Source: a virus | Lineage: Duplodnaviria > Caudoviricetes | DNA length: 26,089 nt | Virus record (IMG/VR): IMGVR_UViG_3300038393_003190 | Coordinates: 1 to 26,089 of that record | Reading direction: 5' to 3' (one strand) | Part shown: positions 8,089 to 16,125 of the stretch, piece after piece | Numbering within the stretch: the stretch's first letter is position 1 | Layout: every line of letters starts with the position of its first letter | The notes under the pieces: model-generated | What the model saw: only the letters and a program-made list of their open reading frames with translations | Told to the model about the DNA's origin: nothing | Databases searched by the model: none | Made by a program: the position numbers and the translations under genes

Positions 8089-10131
8089 ATGAATGATTTA
8101 CAATTGTACATAGATGACCAGCTGGCCGATCTGACTGACGATAGCCCCATCGCCCTCACTTTCCAGATCAACAATCTGGCCGAGGTTAAAAATCAGCAGG
8201 GCAATACATCTAACCAGTTTAAACTGCCGCTTACGCAAAATAACCGGCGCATTTTGGGTTTTCCGGATGATGTGGCCTTTTGTGATGATCGCCCTTACAA
8301 AAAATATCAGGCCAAACTGGTGCAGGACGGACTGGAGATAATCCCCTACGGCATCTGCGAGTTAAATAGCATTGATCAGGACTTTGCCAACGTGACCATC
8401 CTGTCAGGTAATGTCGATTTTTTTGATGCGATAGATGGTAATCTTTATGAAATGGGCGATAAAACCAGCGTATGGTACAGCCCGCTTTGGAAGGATTACG
8501 ATCACGACTGGACATTGGCTAATGTCGCCTCATCGCAAGTTAAAACCGAAGACTGGATATACCCCGTGGTTGATTATGGGAATTTTACTGATGATCCGGG
8601 CCAAACCATTAATGTTATCACCTTGCGTCCCGGCTTTTTTATCAAGTCGGCGGTTGATCTTTTGGTGAAGACCACCGGGTACAAAGCTACCGGCTCGTTA
8701 TTGAAAGACCCATTGTATCCGCTGCTCATCGCCCAATTTAGTAATGGCAGTTGGGAGCACGGCAGCGATTATCAGAATCAGCCGGATATTTTGAGCTGTC
8801 TCGCCAGTAATGGCAATAACATTCAGCTTAATCACCCTAACAAAAGCAACCCAACGGGACTATTTGTTTTCAGTTCTGTTTCTGACCCTTCCAACCAACT
8901 GAGCAATGGCATTTTCACAGCAAAAAAACGGGGGATATATACCATCACAGCATATTTTCCGAAGATCTATCTGAACGGATTGATAACCGGCGATCATACC
9001 CATCTCGAAGTAGCTATTAACGTATACACTTCAGGAGTACCGACTACAGTTGCCACTTTAGATTTTAATTGGGACGCCGGCAACTATGTTCGCAAGGGCA
9101 GCGGCAGCAATGTCACAGGTTATATATATACTTCAAATAAAACGCTTTCTTGCCAGCAAGAATTGAATGAGGGCCAAAGTGTTGAGATTAACTATACCTG
9201 GCGCGGCGGCACCCCTGCTTATTTCATTGCGTATCCCGGGGCTACTTTTGCCATTAAAGCCGAAAATAGCCAGGTTAAATATACCCAGCGCGTTCAATGC
9301 GAGCGCATATTTCCCGACATTTCGCAAAAAGATCTGTTAAAAGACGTATTTCAACGTTTTGGTATTATTTGTCAGACCGATAACGCTACACGTACCATCT
9401 CGTTCAACTCGTTCAGGGATGTTATCAATAATATCCCCAAAGCAAAAAACTGGACCACCAAATGCCTCGACCAGGGCAAAAGCATCAGCTTTCAATTAGG
9501 CGGTTACGCACAAGCCAATACTTTAAAATACAAGACCGATGATGCGGTGTTACCCGCCAATTTTGCCGACGATGTGATTAAGGTGAAAGACACCACCCTG
9601 CCAGCCAGCGCCGATTTATTTGAGAGCCAGTATGCGCCGTCGCTTAACCGCCCTTACATTGGCGGCACCGTGGCACAGATAAAAATGATAGATACCAATA
9701 ATGGCGACGATTTTAGCATAGGCGTATCCCCACGCATTTTGGTAGACCAAAAACTCAATATCAATAATTTAAACAAAAAAATAACCTTTACAGATGGCAG
9801 CAAGCAGGTAGTGGTGAACGATATCATAAGCACGCCCTATTTTTACAAGCCCGACGGGCCATATAGCCTCTGCTTTGGCGACATGCCCGCAGCGGGCCAC
9901 AATGCCACCCTCCAAGGGTTAAGAACCAAATACTACCCCGAGCTGGAAAAGATATTACAGCAAACCAAAAAGGTGGTGCGCTACTTTTTACTCACCCCAC
10001 GCGACATACTGGAACTTGACCTATTGATACCCGTTTACCTGGAGCAAGACAGCGCCTACTATTACATTAATAAAATTGATAGTTGGCGCAAAGGGCAGCC
10101 TACAAAGGTGGAGTTGGTGAAGTTGGGATGA
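8089..10131 (+). CDS. Tail tip / baseplate hub-like minor tail protein
   Basis: The N-terminus MNDLQLYIDDQLADL...ALTFQINNLAEVK...SNQFKLPLTQNNRRILG and the C-terminus YYINKIDSW...TKVELVKL are typical of Bacteroidota siphophage tail proteins. The start is moved from 8017 because that extension is translated repeat. Confidence 0.7.
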   Translation: MNDLQLYIDDQLADLTDDSPIALTFQINNLAEVKNQQGNTSNQFKLPLTQNNRRILGFPDDVAFCDDRPYKKYQAKLVQDGLEIIPYGICELNSIDQDFANVTILSGNVDFFDAIDGNLYEMGDKTSVWYSPLWKDYDHDWTLANVASSQVKTEDWIYPVVDYGNFTDDPGQTINVITLRPGFFIKSAVDLLVKTTGYKATGSLLKDPLYPLLIAQFSNGSWEHGSDYQNQPDILSCLASNGNNIQLNHPNKSNPTGLFVFSSVSDPSNQLSNGIFTAKKRGIYTITAYFPKIYLNGLITGDHTHLEVAINVYTSGVPTTVATLDFNWDAGNYVRKGSGSNVTGYIYTSNKTLSCQQELNEGQSVEINYTWRGGTPAYFIAYPGATFAIKAENSQVKYTQRVQCERIFPDISQKDLLKDVFQRFGIICQTDNATRTISFNSFRDVINNIPKAKNWTTKCLDQGKSISFQLGGYAQANTLKYKTDDAVLPANFADDVIKVKDTTLPASADLFESQYAPSLNRPYIGGTVAQIKMIDTNNGDDFSIGVSPRILVDQKLNINNLNKKITFTDGSKQVVVNDIISTPYFYKPDGPYSLCFGDMPAAGHNATLQGLRTKYYPELEKILQQTKKVVRYFLLTPRDILELDLLIPVYLEQDSAYYYINKIDSWRKGQPTKVELVKLG

Positions 10132-10139
10132 TTTTGAAA

Positions 10140-10147
10140 TAAATTTG
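10140..10147 (+). promoter_or_regulatory. TAnnTTTG -7 box upstream of the accessory membrane protein gene
   Basis: TAAATTTG lies 55 nt upstream of the ATG at 10203. Confidence 0.4.
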
Positions 10148-10202
10148 GAATGTTTGGCTTTAAAAATTATTTTTACTAAAATAATTAGCACCCTAAACAC
10201 TC

Positions 10203-10811
10203 ATGAGTAAGCCAATATCAAAAAAGTTTAAAGTTAGTATAATTGTAATAGGGAGTATTTGTTGCATAGGCTATATAGCCTCATTTAAACACTCTGTTAG
10301 AAATTTAGCTTATGCAGGTTATTACTGGTTGTTCAAGTTTGATCACTTTAGTTCCGGTGACAAGGTTTATGCTTCTAAAAGCTTCATGAATCAGACACAG
10401 TTTGGCGCTTTAGGATTGTTCCGGCTTATGCGACCGCTTACATCTGATCAGTTAGAAATCATGGATCAGCTTACAGAGCCCTATTTGCACATTGATAAAA
10501 GGCATATTGACTCAAATGCTAAACCGATACTTGTACGCTGCGATAAATATCTTGTCAAAGAAAAGATGAAAATACAGCATTCTGCATATATCGGCGATTA
10601 TATAAAATCCGAGTATTTGCCTATTGCTGCAATGGTTAATGAGGGTCAACAAGGCACTGTTAACACTATCTTTTATGCTATAAAGCCCAACCCTCGTATA
10701 TTAACTAATTTTGAAATCAATCGTTATACCTTGCCAGCTAATTATACCTGGGCAGACAGTACCTTTTATATTATACCATTTAATGTATCCAATAAGGACA
10801 TAAAAATGTAA
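10203..10811 (+). CDS. Accessory (moron-like) membrane-anchored hypothetical protein
   Basis: Basic N-terminus followed by a hydrophobic anchor (VSIIVIGSICCIGYIA). The gene is AT-rich, has its own promoter box and is inserted among tail genes. Confidence 0.7.
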   Translation: MSKPISKKFKVSIIVIGSICCIGYIASFKHSVRNLAYAGYYWLFKFDHFSSGDKVYASKSFMNQTQFGALGLFRLMRPLTSDQLEIMDQLTEPYLHIDKRHIDSNAKPILVRCDKYLVKEKMKIQHSAYIGDYIKSEYLPIAAMVNEGQQGTVNTIFYAIKPNPRILTNFEINRYTLPANYTWADSTFYIIPFNVSNKDIKM

Positions 10812-10863
10812 TCAACTTTTATATTAAATAAATATCCCAAGATAATTAGCCTCCTAAACAGTC

Positions 10864-11061
10864 ATGAATAAATCTGTATCAAAAAAAAATTAAAATTAGT
10901 ATAACTGCTATATTATGTATTCTTTTATTGGCTGGCTTTATGCAATAAAACCGGACCCTCAATTAATCAAAGATGCCGGTATAGCACCTACGGGGCTTGA
11001 GCCCGGATTTACACTTGTAGATGACAATTATTACATTTACAATGTAGATATGCTTAGATAA
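10864..11061 (+). pseudogene. Frameshifted, internally deleted paralog of 10203..10811
   Basis: It shares the leader (ATAATTAGC..CCTAAACA.TCATGA.TAA). The 5' part reads MNKSVSKK/IKISITAILCILLLAG, broken at an A9 tract (10881-10889). The 3' part LYAIKPDPQLI...GFTLVDDNYYIY matches FYAIKPNPRIL...NYTWADSTFYII. Confidence 0.75.
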
Positions 11062-11109
11062 CACTTCATTCAGTAATTAATTCGACAAGTCGATTTTCCT
11101 ATTAATTAT

Positions 11110-11151
11110 CAAATTTATAAATCGTTAATATAATTATGCCAAATAGCATAT
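11110..11151. promoter_or_regulatory. Palindromic operator-like site TATGC-N6-GCATA (copy 2) with a minus-strand TAAATTTG box
   Basis: 19-bp identity to 2074-2092. CAAATTTA at 11110-11117 reads TAAATTTG on the minus strand. Confidence 0.5.
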
Positions 11152-11166
11152 TAAACATAAACCAAT

Positions 11167-11508
11167 ATGGGAAAAATAGATAGTAATGGTATCTCTGATG
11201 ATGATATCAAAAAAACGAAAGACTATGCAGATGCAGTAGACAAATTAAAAGACTCCTTAGTAGGTGTAAATTCAGCAATACCCAATTTTGCGGATGGTCT
11301 CGATGCGGGTCTAAAGGCAATCGCTGAGAAGTTACCAGATGTAGTGGCTTCTATGACAAAGCTAAACGCCCAAAACAAAGAATTAGCTGCAAACGGACAA
11401 AAGCCAATTAGCGTATTTTCACAGCTTACTACGTCATTATTATCCTGGAATGGCCTATTAACTGTAGGAGTTACTACCCTTACTGCTCTAAGTTTAGCGC
11501 CAGCGTAA
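11167..11508 (+). CDS. Truncated tape-measure-like N-terminal fragment (possible pseudogene)
   Basis: LPDVVASMTKLNAQNKELAANGQKPISVFSQLTTSLLSWNGLLTVGVTTL resembles the pre-TM/TM segment of Bacteroidota phage tape measure proteins, and it stops right after the hydrophobic stretch. Confidence 0.55.
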   Translation: MGKIDSNGISDDDIKKTKDYADAVDKLKDSLVGVNSAIPNFADGLDAGLKAIAEKLPDVVASMTKLNAQNKELAANGQKPISVFSQLTTSLLSWNGLLTVGVTTLTALSLAPA

Positions 11509-11581
11509 CTTAGACCTATAACGTCACAAGTTTTCAACTTGTGATAGTCGTCAGCATATTACATAGGTATCCATTAATTGA

Positions 11582-11773
11582 TTACCCCCAAAAACCAGGC
11601 TTTTTTTCTTCAGTATCAGAGTCAGAATAAAAGAAAAGCGTATAAATAGCCATATCACCAAAGTCCTTCCCATGCGTAATTTCCAGAATAGCCTCGCGGG
11701 GAATATTATTCTCATTAATAAACTTAACAATTCTTTCTATACTGGGGAAAGTTTGGCCTTTTAAAATTTTCAT
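11582..11773 (-). CDS. Small hypothetical protein (63 aa), antisense to the structural operon
   Basis: The ATG at 11773 gives MKILKGQTFPSIERIVKFINENNIPREAILEIT...YTLFFY, a plausible small alpha/beta fold. It fits the gap without overlap. Confidence 0.6.
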   Translation of the reverse strand: MKILKGQTFPSIERIVKFINENNIPREAILEITHGKDFGDMAIYTLFFYSDSDTEEKKPGFWG

Positions 11774-11805
11774 GATTATAAGTTTACACCAATAATAAAA
11801 ACAAA

Positions 11806-14148
11806 ATGGCAGATAACAATAAGATATCAATAGATATAGAAATTAAAGCAGATGGCCAACGACAGATTGAACAATATAAAGGCGCTTTTGATAGTCTAAG
11901 AACATCTATTAACAATTTATCAAGCCCAATTAATGCACTCAATAATGACGTGCTAAAACTTGCATCTTCCATTAATGAACTTGGATCAAAAAATGATTCA
12001 GTAGTTGATACAATAGGTAAAGTTAGCTCTACAAGTGAAGGGCTAAAAGTCGTGTTCAAGGGATTAAAACAAGCTATGGATATAGCAAAAGGAAGCGCCA
12101 TCACATTTGAAGCAGCATTATCCGGAGGACTTTCTGTTATCATCGCTTTTTTACCAGAAATCATTAATTGGGTTGGCGAGTTGATAAAGGGAAACACAAC
12201 TTTGTCAGCGCTTAATAAAACCTTAAAGGATAACAAAATAATAATGGATGCGGTAAATGCAGCCAAATTACAAGGCACACAAAATGCACAACAAGAACTG
12301 GTGCATTTAAAGCTTCTTTATAATGCAACCAAAGACAAGAACATCAGTGATAAAGAGCGTAAAAAGATACTCGCTGAGTTACAAAACCAATATCCCGGTT
12401 ATTTTGATAAAATGACCACCGAACAAATGTTAAATAATGCGGCAGCAAAAAGTTATAACGATCTTACCGAATCAATTCTTGCAAATTCAAGGGCTCGGGC
12501 TGCCGAAAACGTTATGGTTAAAAATGAGGAACGGTCTTTAGGCAATGATAACAATATAACCAAACTTAAGGCCCAGTTGGCTGAGTATGATAAACAACTA
12601 ATAGAAGCTAAAAAAGCACAACACTCGCTTGTTCATGGCTTCACCGGCGTGCCGGGTATTTATAGTGTCGACCCAAAAACGCAAGAGCTTGCAGGGCAGC
12701 TATCTAACATACAAAATAAAAGAGATGAAACACAACGATTAATTGATAATTTATATACTGACACATCGCTTTTAAACAGGCAAAACCAAGCGTTGGCCAA
12801 AACCATCAGTGACAATACAGAAAAATATGGTGCAAAAAATTTAGGTATAAATAATCCGACTACCTATCACTCTTATTCCAATAACGAGTTTTCATCAAAC
12901 GCTAATCCTCAAAAAGCCCTACAAGCCCAAGCAGACCAATTTGCCATGCGGGCGGATGTCAGAAAAAAGCAAATGGACACAGAGCTGGCCGATTTTGACA
13001 AGCAACTTAAAGCCGAACTGATTACGCAGGAGCAACATAATGATTTAAGCAAGCAGGCTAATGAAAAATTTCTTGCCGGCCTCAGGGCAGATATTGGCGA
13101 TTTTAGCGCAGAAAGTATTAATGAAGTTCTTCAATATCAAAAAGAACTGGTGAAATCAAAAAAATTGGGAGAAGACCAGCACGATGTTGATAAAGCCCTG
13201 CTGCCAACTCAAAAATTAGCTGCCGAAAAGAAGCTGATTGAAGACAAATGCAATTTCGAAATACAAGCAGCAAACGAAGCCGGCAAAGGCACAACGGCCA
13301 TCAGGATGCGCTATGCGCAGGAAATGGCGGAGGCAGATAAAAAATTTGCTCAGGAGCGCAAAGACTTCGAACTAAAAACCACACAAGAAGTTTCCAACGC
13401 GGCTTTTTCTATCTTGCAAAACAGCATCAAATCGCAAAGCGAGGCTAAGATTAAACAGCTCGAAACACAAAAAACAGCCGAGCTGAATAACAGCAGCCTC
13501 ACCTCGTCGCAAAAAAAGGCAATCGAGGAAAAGTATGCCAAAAAAGAAGCCGAAGAAAAAACCAAAGCTTTCAAAGCCGAGCAGAAGGCGTCTATACTGC
13601 AGGCGGTTATTAACGGGGCGCTGGCCATTACAAAAGTTACGGCACAAACGGGTGTAGCCTCGGCGTTCATTATCCCCGGCATTATAGCAGAGACGGCTAT
13701 ACAGGTAGCCACCATTGCCGCACAAAAGGCGCCGCAATATGCAAAGGGTGGTGTCCATTACCAGTCGGACGGGCGGGGCGCTTTGCTGCCGGGCTATAGC
13801 CGTACCGATAATATGAACGCCTACCTGCGGTCGGGCGAGGCCGTAGTAGTCTCAGAAGCCATGCGCGACCCATGGGCGCGCAACCTGGTGAGCGCCATTA
13901 ACGTGGCTTATGGAGGTCGTGATTTTTCAATGGCTAATCCGCATCGCGGCTACGCCATTGGCGGTATCTTTACCGATGGCGGCAACTCCAATCGTTACTA
14001 TAATCAGCCGATGAATGATCAGAAAGACCTGGCCAACACCATCGCCTACCAGATGATCAATAACTTCCCTCCTGTTTATGTGGATGTGAAGGACATCAAC
14101 ACCCAGCAAAGCATCCTGGCGCAGACTATTAATAGGGTGAATCTTTGA
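11806..14148 (+). CDS. Tail tape measure protein
   Basis: Long helical/coiled-coil protein with two hydrophobic segments. The C-terminal YAKGG...TDNMNAYLRSGEAVV...GYAIGG motif is typical of tape measure protein C-termini. Confidence 0.85.
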   Translation: MADNNKISIDIEIKADGQRQIEQYKGAFDSLRTSINNLSSPINALNNDVLKLASSINELGSKNDSVVDTIGKVSSTSEGLKVVFKGLKQAMDIAKGSAITFEAALSGGLSVIIAFLPEIINWVGELIKGNTTLSALNKTLKDNKIIMDAVNAAKLQGTQNAQQELVHLKLLYNATKDKNISDKERKKILAELQNQYPGYFDKMTTEQMLNNAAAKSYNDLTESILANSRARAAENVMVKNEERSLGNDNNITKLKAQLAEYDKQLIEAKKAQHSLVHGFTGVPGIYSVDPKTQELAGQLSNIQNKRDETQRLIDNLYTDTSLLNRQNQALAKTISDNTEKYGAKNLGINNPTTYHSYSNNEFSSNANPQKALQAQADQFAMRADVRKKQMDTELADFDKQLKAELITQEQHNDLSKQANEKFLAGLRADIGDFSAESINEVLQYQKELVKSKKLGEDQHDVDKALLPTQKLAAEKKLIEDKCNFEIQAANEAGKGTTAIRMRYAQEMAEADKKFAQERKDFELKTTQEVSNAAFSILQNSIKSQSEAKIKQLETQKTAELNNSSLTSSQKKAIEEKYAKKEAEEKTKAFKAEQKASILQAVINGALAITKVTAQTGVASAFIIPGIIAETAIQVATIAAQKAPQYAKGGVHYQSDGRGALLPGYSRTDNMNAYLRSGEAVVVSEAMRDPWARNLVSAINVAYGGRDFSMANPHRGYAIGGIFTDGGNSNRYYNQPMNDQKDLANTIAYQMINNFPPVYVDVKDINTQQSILAQTINRVNL

Positions 14149-14149
14149 G

Positions 14150-14288
14150 GTGAGTGGTGAATTGTGAGTGGTCAATAGGTATCAACTATTTATTTAGTTA
14201 GTTACTCACTCACTCACTCACTCACTCACTCACTCACTCACTCACTCACTCACTCACTCACTCACTCACTCACTCACTCACTCACTCA
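14150..14288. repeat. GTGAGTG-type left arm plus a perfect (ACTC)21 microsatellite
   Basis: GTGAGTG GTGAATT GTGAGTG GTCAATA at 14150-14177, then uninterrupted ACTC repeats at 14204-14287, ending about 12 nt before the ATG at 14300. Confidence 0.9.
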
Positions 14289-14299
14289 TTACCTACCCC

Positions 14300-14590
14300 A
14301 TGAACATTAAAACCGCAAACGCCTTGTTAGACGAAGGCATATTTTCTGAACTGTACAAAGCTGGCTTTATCACAACGAAAGTGTTTGTGTACCGCGAGAT
14401 ATACCTGTGGGTACAGGCCCAAATAAAAACCCGCGATATCACCAAGAACCAGGCGGTGCTCGAGGCCGAAGTGAAATTTGAAAAAGATGAACGCACTATT
14501 TGGCGCGCGTTGAATAGTTTTTGTGATACTGACAAAGTAGTGTCACCATCAACATTAAATAGTTTCACGACCTTTGATGTATGCCGATAG
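14300..14590 (+). CDS. Small putative DNA-binding (HTH) protein, candidate late-gene regulator
   Basis: KNQAVLEAEVKFEKDERTIWRAL is a helix-turn-helix-like C-terminal motif. The gene lies directly before two palindromic operator/promoter units. Confidence 0.6.
   Translation: MNIKTANALLDEGIFSELYKAGFITTKVFVYREIYLWVQAQIKTRDITKNQAVLEAEVKFEKDERTIWRALNSFCDTDKVVSPSTLNSFTTFDVCR
14528..14576 (+). promoter_or_regulatory. Operator/promoter unit 1: TGACA-N6-TGTCA, 23 nt, GAnnTTTG
   Basis: ACTGACAAAGTAGTGTCACCA at 14528-14548 and GACCTTTG at 14569-14576. Confidence 0.65.
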
Positions 14591-14617
14591 GCATAGACTA
14601 CATTAAATAAAAAAGCC

Positions 14618-14710
14618 GTCAATTGCGAGGAACGAAGCAATCTCTACATTCGCTAATCAAATAGCAAAATGTAACTGGCGCGCAGAGATTGCTTCGTTCC
14701 TCGCAATGAC
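14618..14710. repeat. REP/RPE-like palindromic element (host-type)
   Basis: 24-bp perfect inverted repeat ATTGCGAGGAACGAAGCAATCTCT (14622-14645) / AGAGATTGCTTCGTTCCTCGCAAT (14684-14707), closed by GTC/GAC. Confidence 0.85.
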
Positions 14711-14723
14711 GCGCCGGTGATGA

Positions 14724-14772
14724 ACTGACAAACTACTGTCACCACCGCAACCAGAAATAACCCGGATATTTG
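14724..14772 (+). promoter_or_regulatory. Operator/promoter unit 2: TGACA-N6-TGTCA, 23 nt, GAnnTTTG
   Basis: ACTGACAAACTACTGTCACCA at 14724-14744 and GATATTTG at 14765-14772. The spacing matches unit 1, and the unit lies upstream of the head genes. Confidence 0.7.
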
Positions 14773-14845
14773 TATATCCCCAAGCCGGAAAACCTACCCG
14801 ACAAAAAATCATCCAATTCTCATATCTCAAATCTCACATCTAAAA

Positions 14846-16012
14846 ATGAGTTACAAGATCTATTTATACGACACTGAAACCGACTGTATTGGGTCGGGCA
14901 CCTTATCATCAACCTACCTGCATCAGCAGCTTGAAGCGGCGGCCGGCCAGGATGTAGACGTTCACATTAGTTCGGTAGGTGGCAGCGCCTTTGACGCCAT
15001 AGCCATTTACGATTTACTTAAAAAGTACACCGGTAATGTAACTACGTACATCGACGCGCTGGCCGCCAGCGCTGCCTCGATAGTGGCAATGGGTGGCAAA
15101 AAAGTTATCATGAGTAAATACGCCCTGCTTATGATCCATAAACCAATGGTGGGCAGCGGCGGCAATGCCGACGAGCTGCTTAAGGACGTGCAGATGCTGA
15201 ATGTGGTACAATCGCGCCTGGCGCAGATTTACATGGACAAGACCGGGTTGGACGGCGTTACTGTTAATAGTTTGATTAACGCCGTCACCTGGCTATCTGC
15301 CGACCAGGCGCTCGACCTGGGTTTTATTGACGAGATCGAAGATTATGCAAGCGACATCGTCAACAGCGCCATCATTCAAAATTACACCAGCACCGCACCC
15401 GTATTTTATCAACGCTATATCAATAAAATCTTAAACAAAAACAGTAACATGAACAACGAGAACAGAGACCTTATCGAAAAAACCACGTCGGTGTTGGATA
15501 AGATCATGAACTTTTTCAAGAAGGTGGTCAACAAACAAACCATTACAGACAAAGGCGCCCTGCATTATACCGGCGACCTACAGGAGGGCACAGAAGTTTA
15601 CCAGGATGAAGACATGACCATGCCCGCCCCCGCCGACACTTACACCACTGCCGAGGGCAAAAGAATTACAGTTAAAGGCGGCTGCGCCGATACGATAACT
15701 CCGCCGACTGATGATGACGATGATGACTTACCGCAAGACAAGCTAAAAGCCGGCGATGTGCAAAATCGCATCAAAGAAATCAAGGCCAAGCTGCACGCAC
15801 AAAACCAGCTGTTAACCGAGGCCCGCGAAGCCCTGGAAACCGCCAATGAGCGACTGAGAAAAACTAACGAGCAGGTGCGCAATGAAATTAAATCAACCTT
15901 TATTCCTGAAGGTTCAAAACGTAGCAATAAAGCCAAAGCTGAGACTACCCCTTTCTTCGCACCGCAAACTACGCTGGCTCAGAATGCAGTTAAACGCGCA
16001 ATAGCTCGCTAA
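14846..16012 (+). CDS. ClpP-type (S14) prohead maturation protease fused to a scaffold-like C-terminal region
   Basis: HISSVGGSAFD, IDALAASAAS (catalytic Ser), LLMIH (His) and TWLSADQALDLGFIDEI motifs, then an acidic linker and coiled-coil tail. It precedes the capsid gene. Confidence 0.92.
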   Translation: MSYKIYLYDTETDCIGSGTLSSTYLHQQLEAAAGQDVDVHISSVGGSAFDAIAIYDLLKKYTGNVTTYIDALAASAASIVAMGGKKVIMSKYALLMIHKPMVGSGGNADELLKDVQMLNVVQSRLAQIYMDKTGLDGVTVNSLINAVTWLSADQALDLGFIDEIEDYASDIVNSAIIQNYTSTAPVFYQRYINKILNKNSNMNNENRDLIEKTTSVLDKIMNFFKKVVNKQTITDKGALHYTGDLQEGTEVYQDEDMTMPAPADTYTTAEGKRITVKGGCADTITPPTDDDDDDLPQDKLKAGDVQNRIKEIKAKLHAQNQLLTEAREALETANERLRKTNEQVRNEIKSTFIPEGSKRSNKAKAETTPFFAPQTTLAQNAVKRAIAR

Positions 16013-16019
16013 CCTCCTA

Positions 16020-16117
16020 AAGGGAGATAATCTCCCTTATTACAATTATCACCTATAACTCATCCCTATAAAGTAAACCTATTAATCAAAAGCTCCCCCT
16101 TTAGGGGGCTGGGGGGC
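16020..16117. repeat. Two short palindromes between the protease and capsid genes
   Basis: AAGGGAGA-TAA-TCTCCCTT (16020-16038) and a REP-like CCCCCT-TT-AGGGGG followed by CTGGGGGGC (16095-16117). Confidence 0.65.
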
Positions 16118-16125
16118 ATAATAAT

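Noticed and set aside
2074-11151. 19-bp direct repeat as attL/attR
   Set aside because: The copies would cut the structural cluster in half, no integrase is present, and the palindromic core next to promoter boxes fits operators better.
14150-14290. CRISPR array interpretation of the tandem repeats (also 8004-8086 and 17339-17441)
   Set aside because: The units are 4-8 nt with no unique spacers, and no cas genes are present.
14846-16012. Housekeeping clpP
   Set aside because: It has a long scaffold-like extension, lies directly before the capsid gene, and has no tig/clpX context.
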